20,000 nt of DNA from Craspedostauros australis (taxonomy: Eukaryota). The DNA lies in the NCBI GenBank assembly GCA_030167865.1, contig JALAGF010001026.1, forward strand, positions 45,279 through 65,278, written 5' to 3'. The position numbers and the translations under genes were made by a program. Positions 19,117 to 20,000 of this stretch are shown here, piece after piece. The first letter of the stretch is position 1, and each line of letters begins with the position of its first letter. A model generated the notes under the pieces. The model saw only the letters and a list, made by a program, of their open reading frames with translations, was not told the DNA's origin and did no database searches.

Positions 19117-20000
19117 ACGCGTCCCTCGCTTCCTTTCGAATCCTACCACTCCATGTACTCCTTCCTTCGTCCAACACCAACAGCGTCATGATCATCATCG
19201 CAGCGATGGGACGAAGACAAACGCGACCTTCGTGCGTCGCGTGCTCGGCAATAACACTGCATCGAGTATAACATGTGGTACAAGATACCAACTATTATAC
19301 AATATTATTATATAATGCAATATGATATAATTCGGAGCAACCAACGACAGCACATACAATTAGCGCTACCGTGACACTGTCTTGCACTTGACCTCACCTG
19401 CACTGTATTTCATTCGCTCTATCTTCGCTGCAGAAATCTGATACATGCCGAGTCCACATGGAGACATCTGCGTGCGTACAAGCACGTGAAGGTGCATCTT
19501 TTTTCCGTTCTCTTGACTTGTCGTTCCCGGTTTTAGGGAATGCTTTCTTGCCACCGTCATAGGCGCACCTCGATTTGGTTGGTCGATCGGTTCGTTGGTT
19601 GGTTCGCAGTCTGTTGATTGTTGTTGCATTTTCTCTTCCGTCTCTCGTCGACGTCCCATGGCCTTGTTGGTGGGTGGCTCTAGCGGATGGTTGGATGAAT
19701 GAATGAATGAGTTACGTAGTGATTCGCACATACTGGTGGTAGCTCGCAAGGAAGTTAGGTAACGCTGCTTCCGATGCACAACTGTACGTATCGTGGGCAC
19801 AGGTGTAGGTACTCTGTTTGGAGTTATCGAACTCATCTATCTCTTCCTCAGTGGTATCGCCGCTCTGGAGACAAGTGTTAGGTTGTCGCAATCGCAAAAA
19901 AATCATATAATAGTATGAGTTGGGACAGACTAGCTCCGGGACTGACTCGGGACCTGACTGTCCATTCCGCGTACACGGTATTCGGTACCCAAGACCGATA

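Noticed and set aside
17647-19149. 500-aa antisense ORF spanning MATX
   Set aside because: It is exactly in register with the MATX codons. It is open only because the biased sense gene avoids TTA/CTA/TCA, so it is a shadow ORF.
19366-19906. ORFs at the right end of the window (19366..19836 and 19712..19906, - strand)
   Set aside because: No recognisable motif or convincing splice structure. They could be the end of a gene outside the window but cannot be supported.
1-20000. CRISPR arrays, transposons, tRNA/rRNA genes, canonical TPP or SAM riboswitches
   Set aside because: I saw no repeat-spacer arrays, terminal repeats, transposase/RT motifs, cloverleafs or known aptamer consensus by eye. 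A covariance-model search would be needed to exclude RNA elements fully.

Overview
Eukaryotic, intron-containing, gene-dense DNA, most consistent with a diatom or related stramenopile. The basis is GTAAGT/GTGAGT/GTCAGT..CAG introns of 136-366 nt, CAA-rich leaders and a MATX gene; the taxon is an inference. Seven protein-coding genes can be supported with splice junctions that keep frame: a CHCHD2/10 (Mix17)-like twin-CX9C protein (+); a ~1257-aa zf-C3H1 + C-terminal LRR protein (-); a divergent glycine-cleavage H-like protein without the canonical lipoyl motif (-); a ~1519-aa coiled-coil/polyQ protein of unknown function (-); a ~344-aa coiled-coil protein (+); a canonical S-adenosylmethionine synthetase MAT (-); and the divergent paralogue MATX (+). 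The most striking observation is that MAT and MATX, usually described as near mutually exclusive, sit head-to-head with 1080 bp between their coding regions and have very different codon bias. The MAT intron and both 3' flanks also contain candidate RNA structures that could mediate SAM-responsive control. That regulatory part is hypothesis only.
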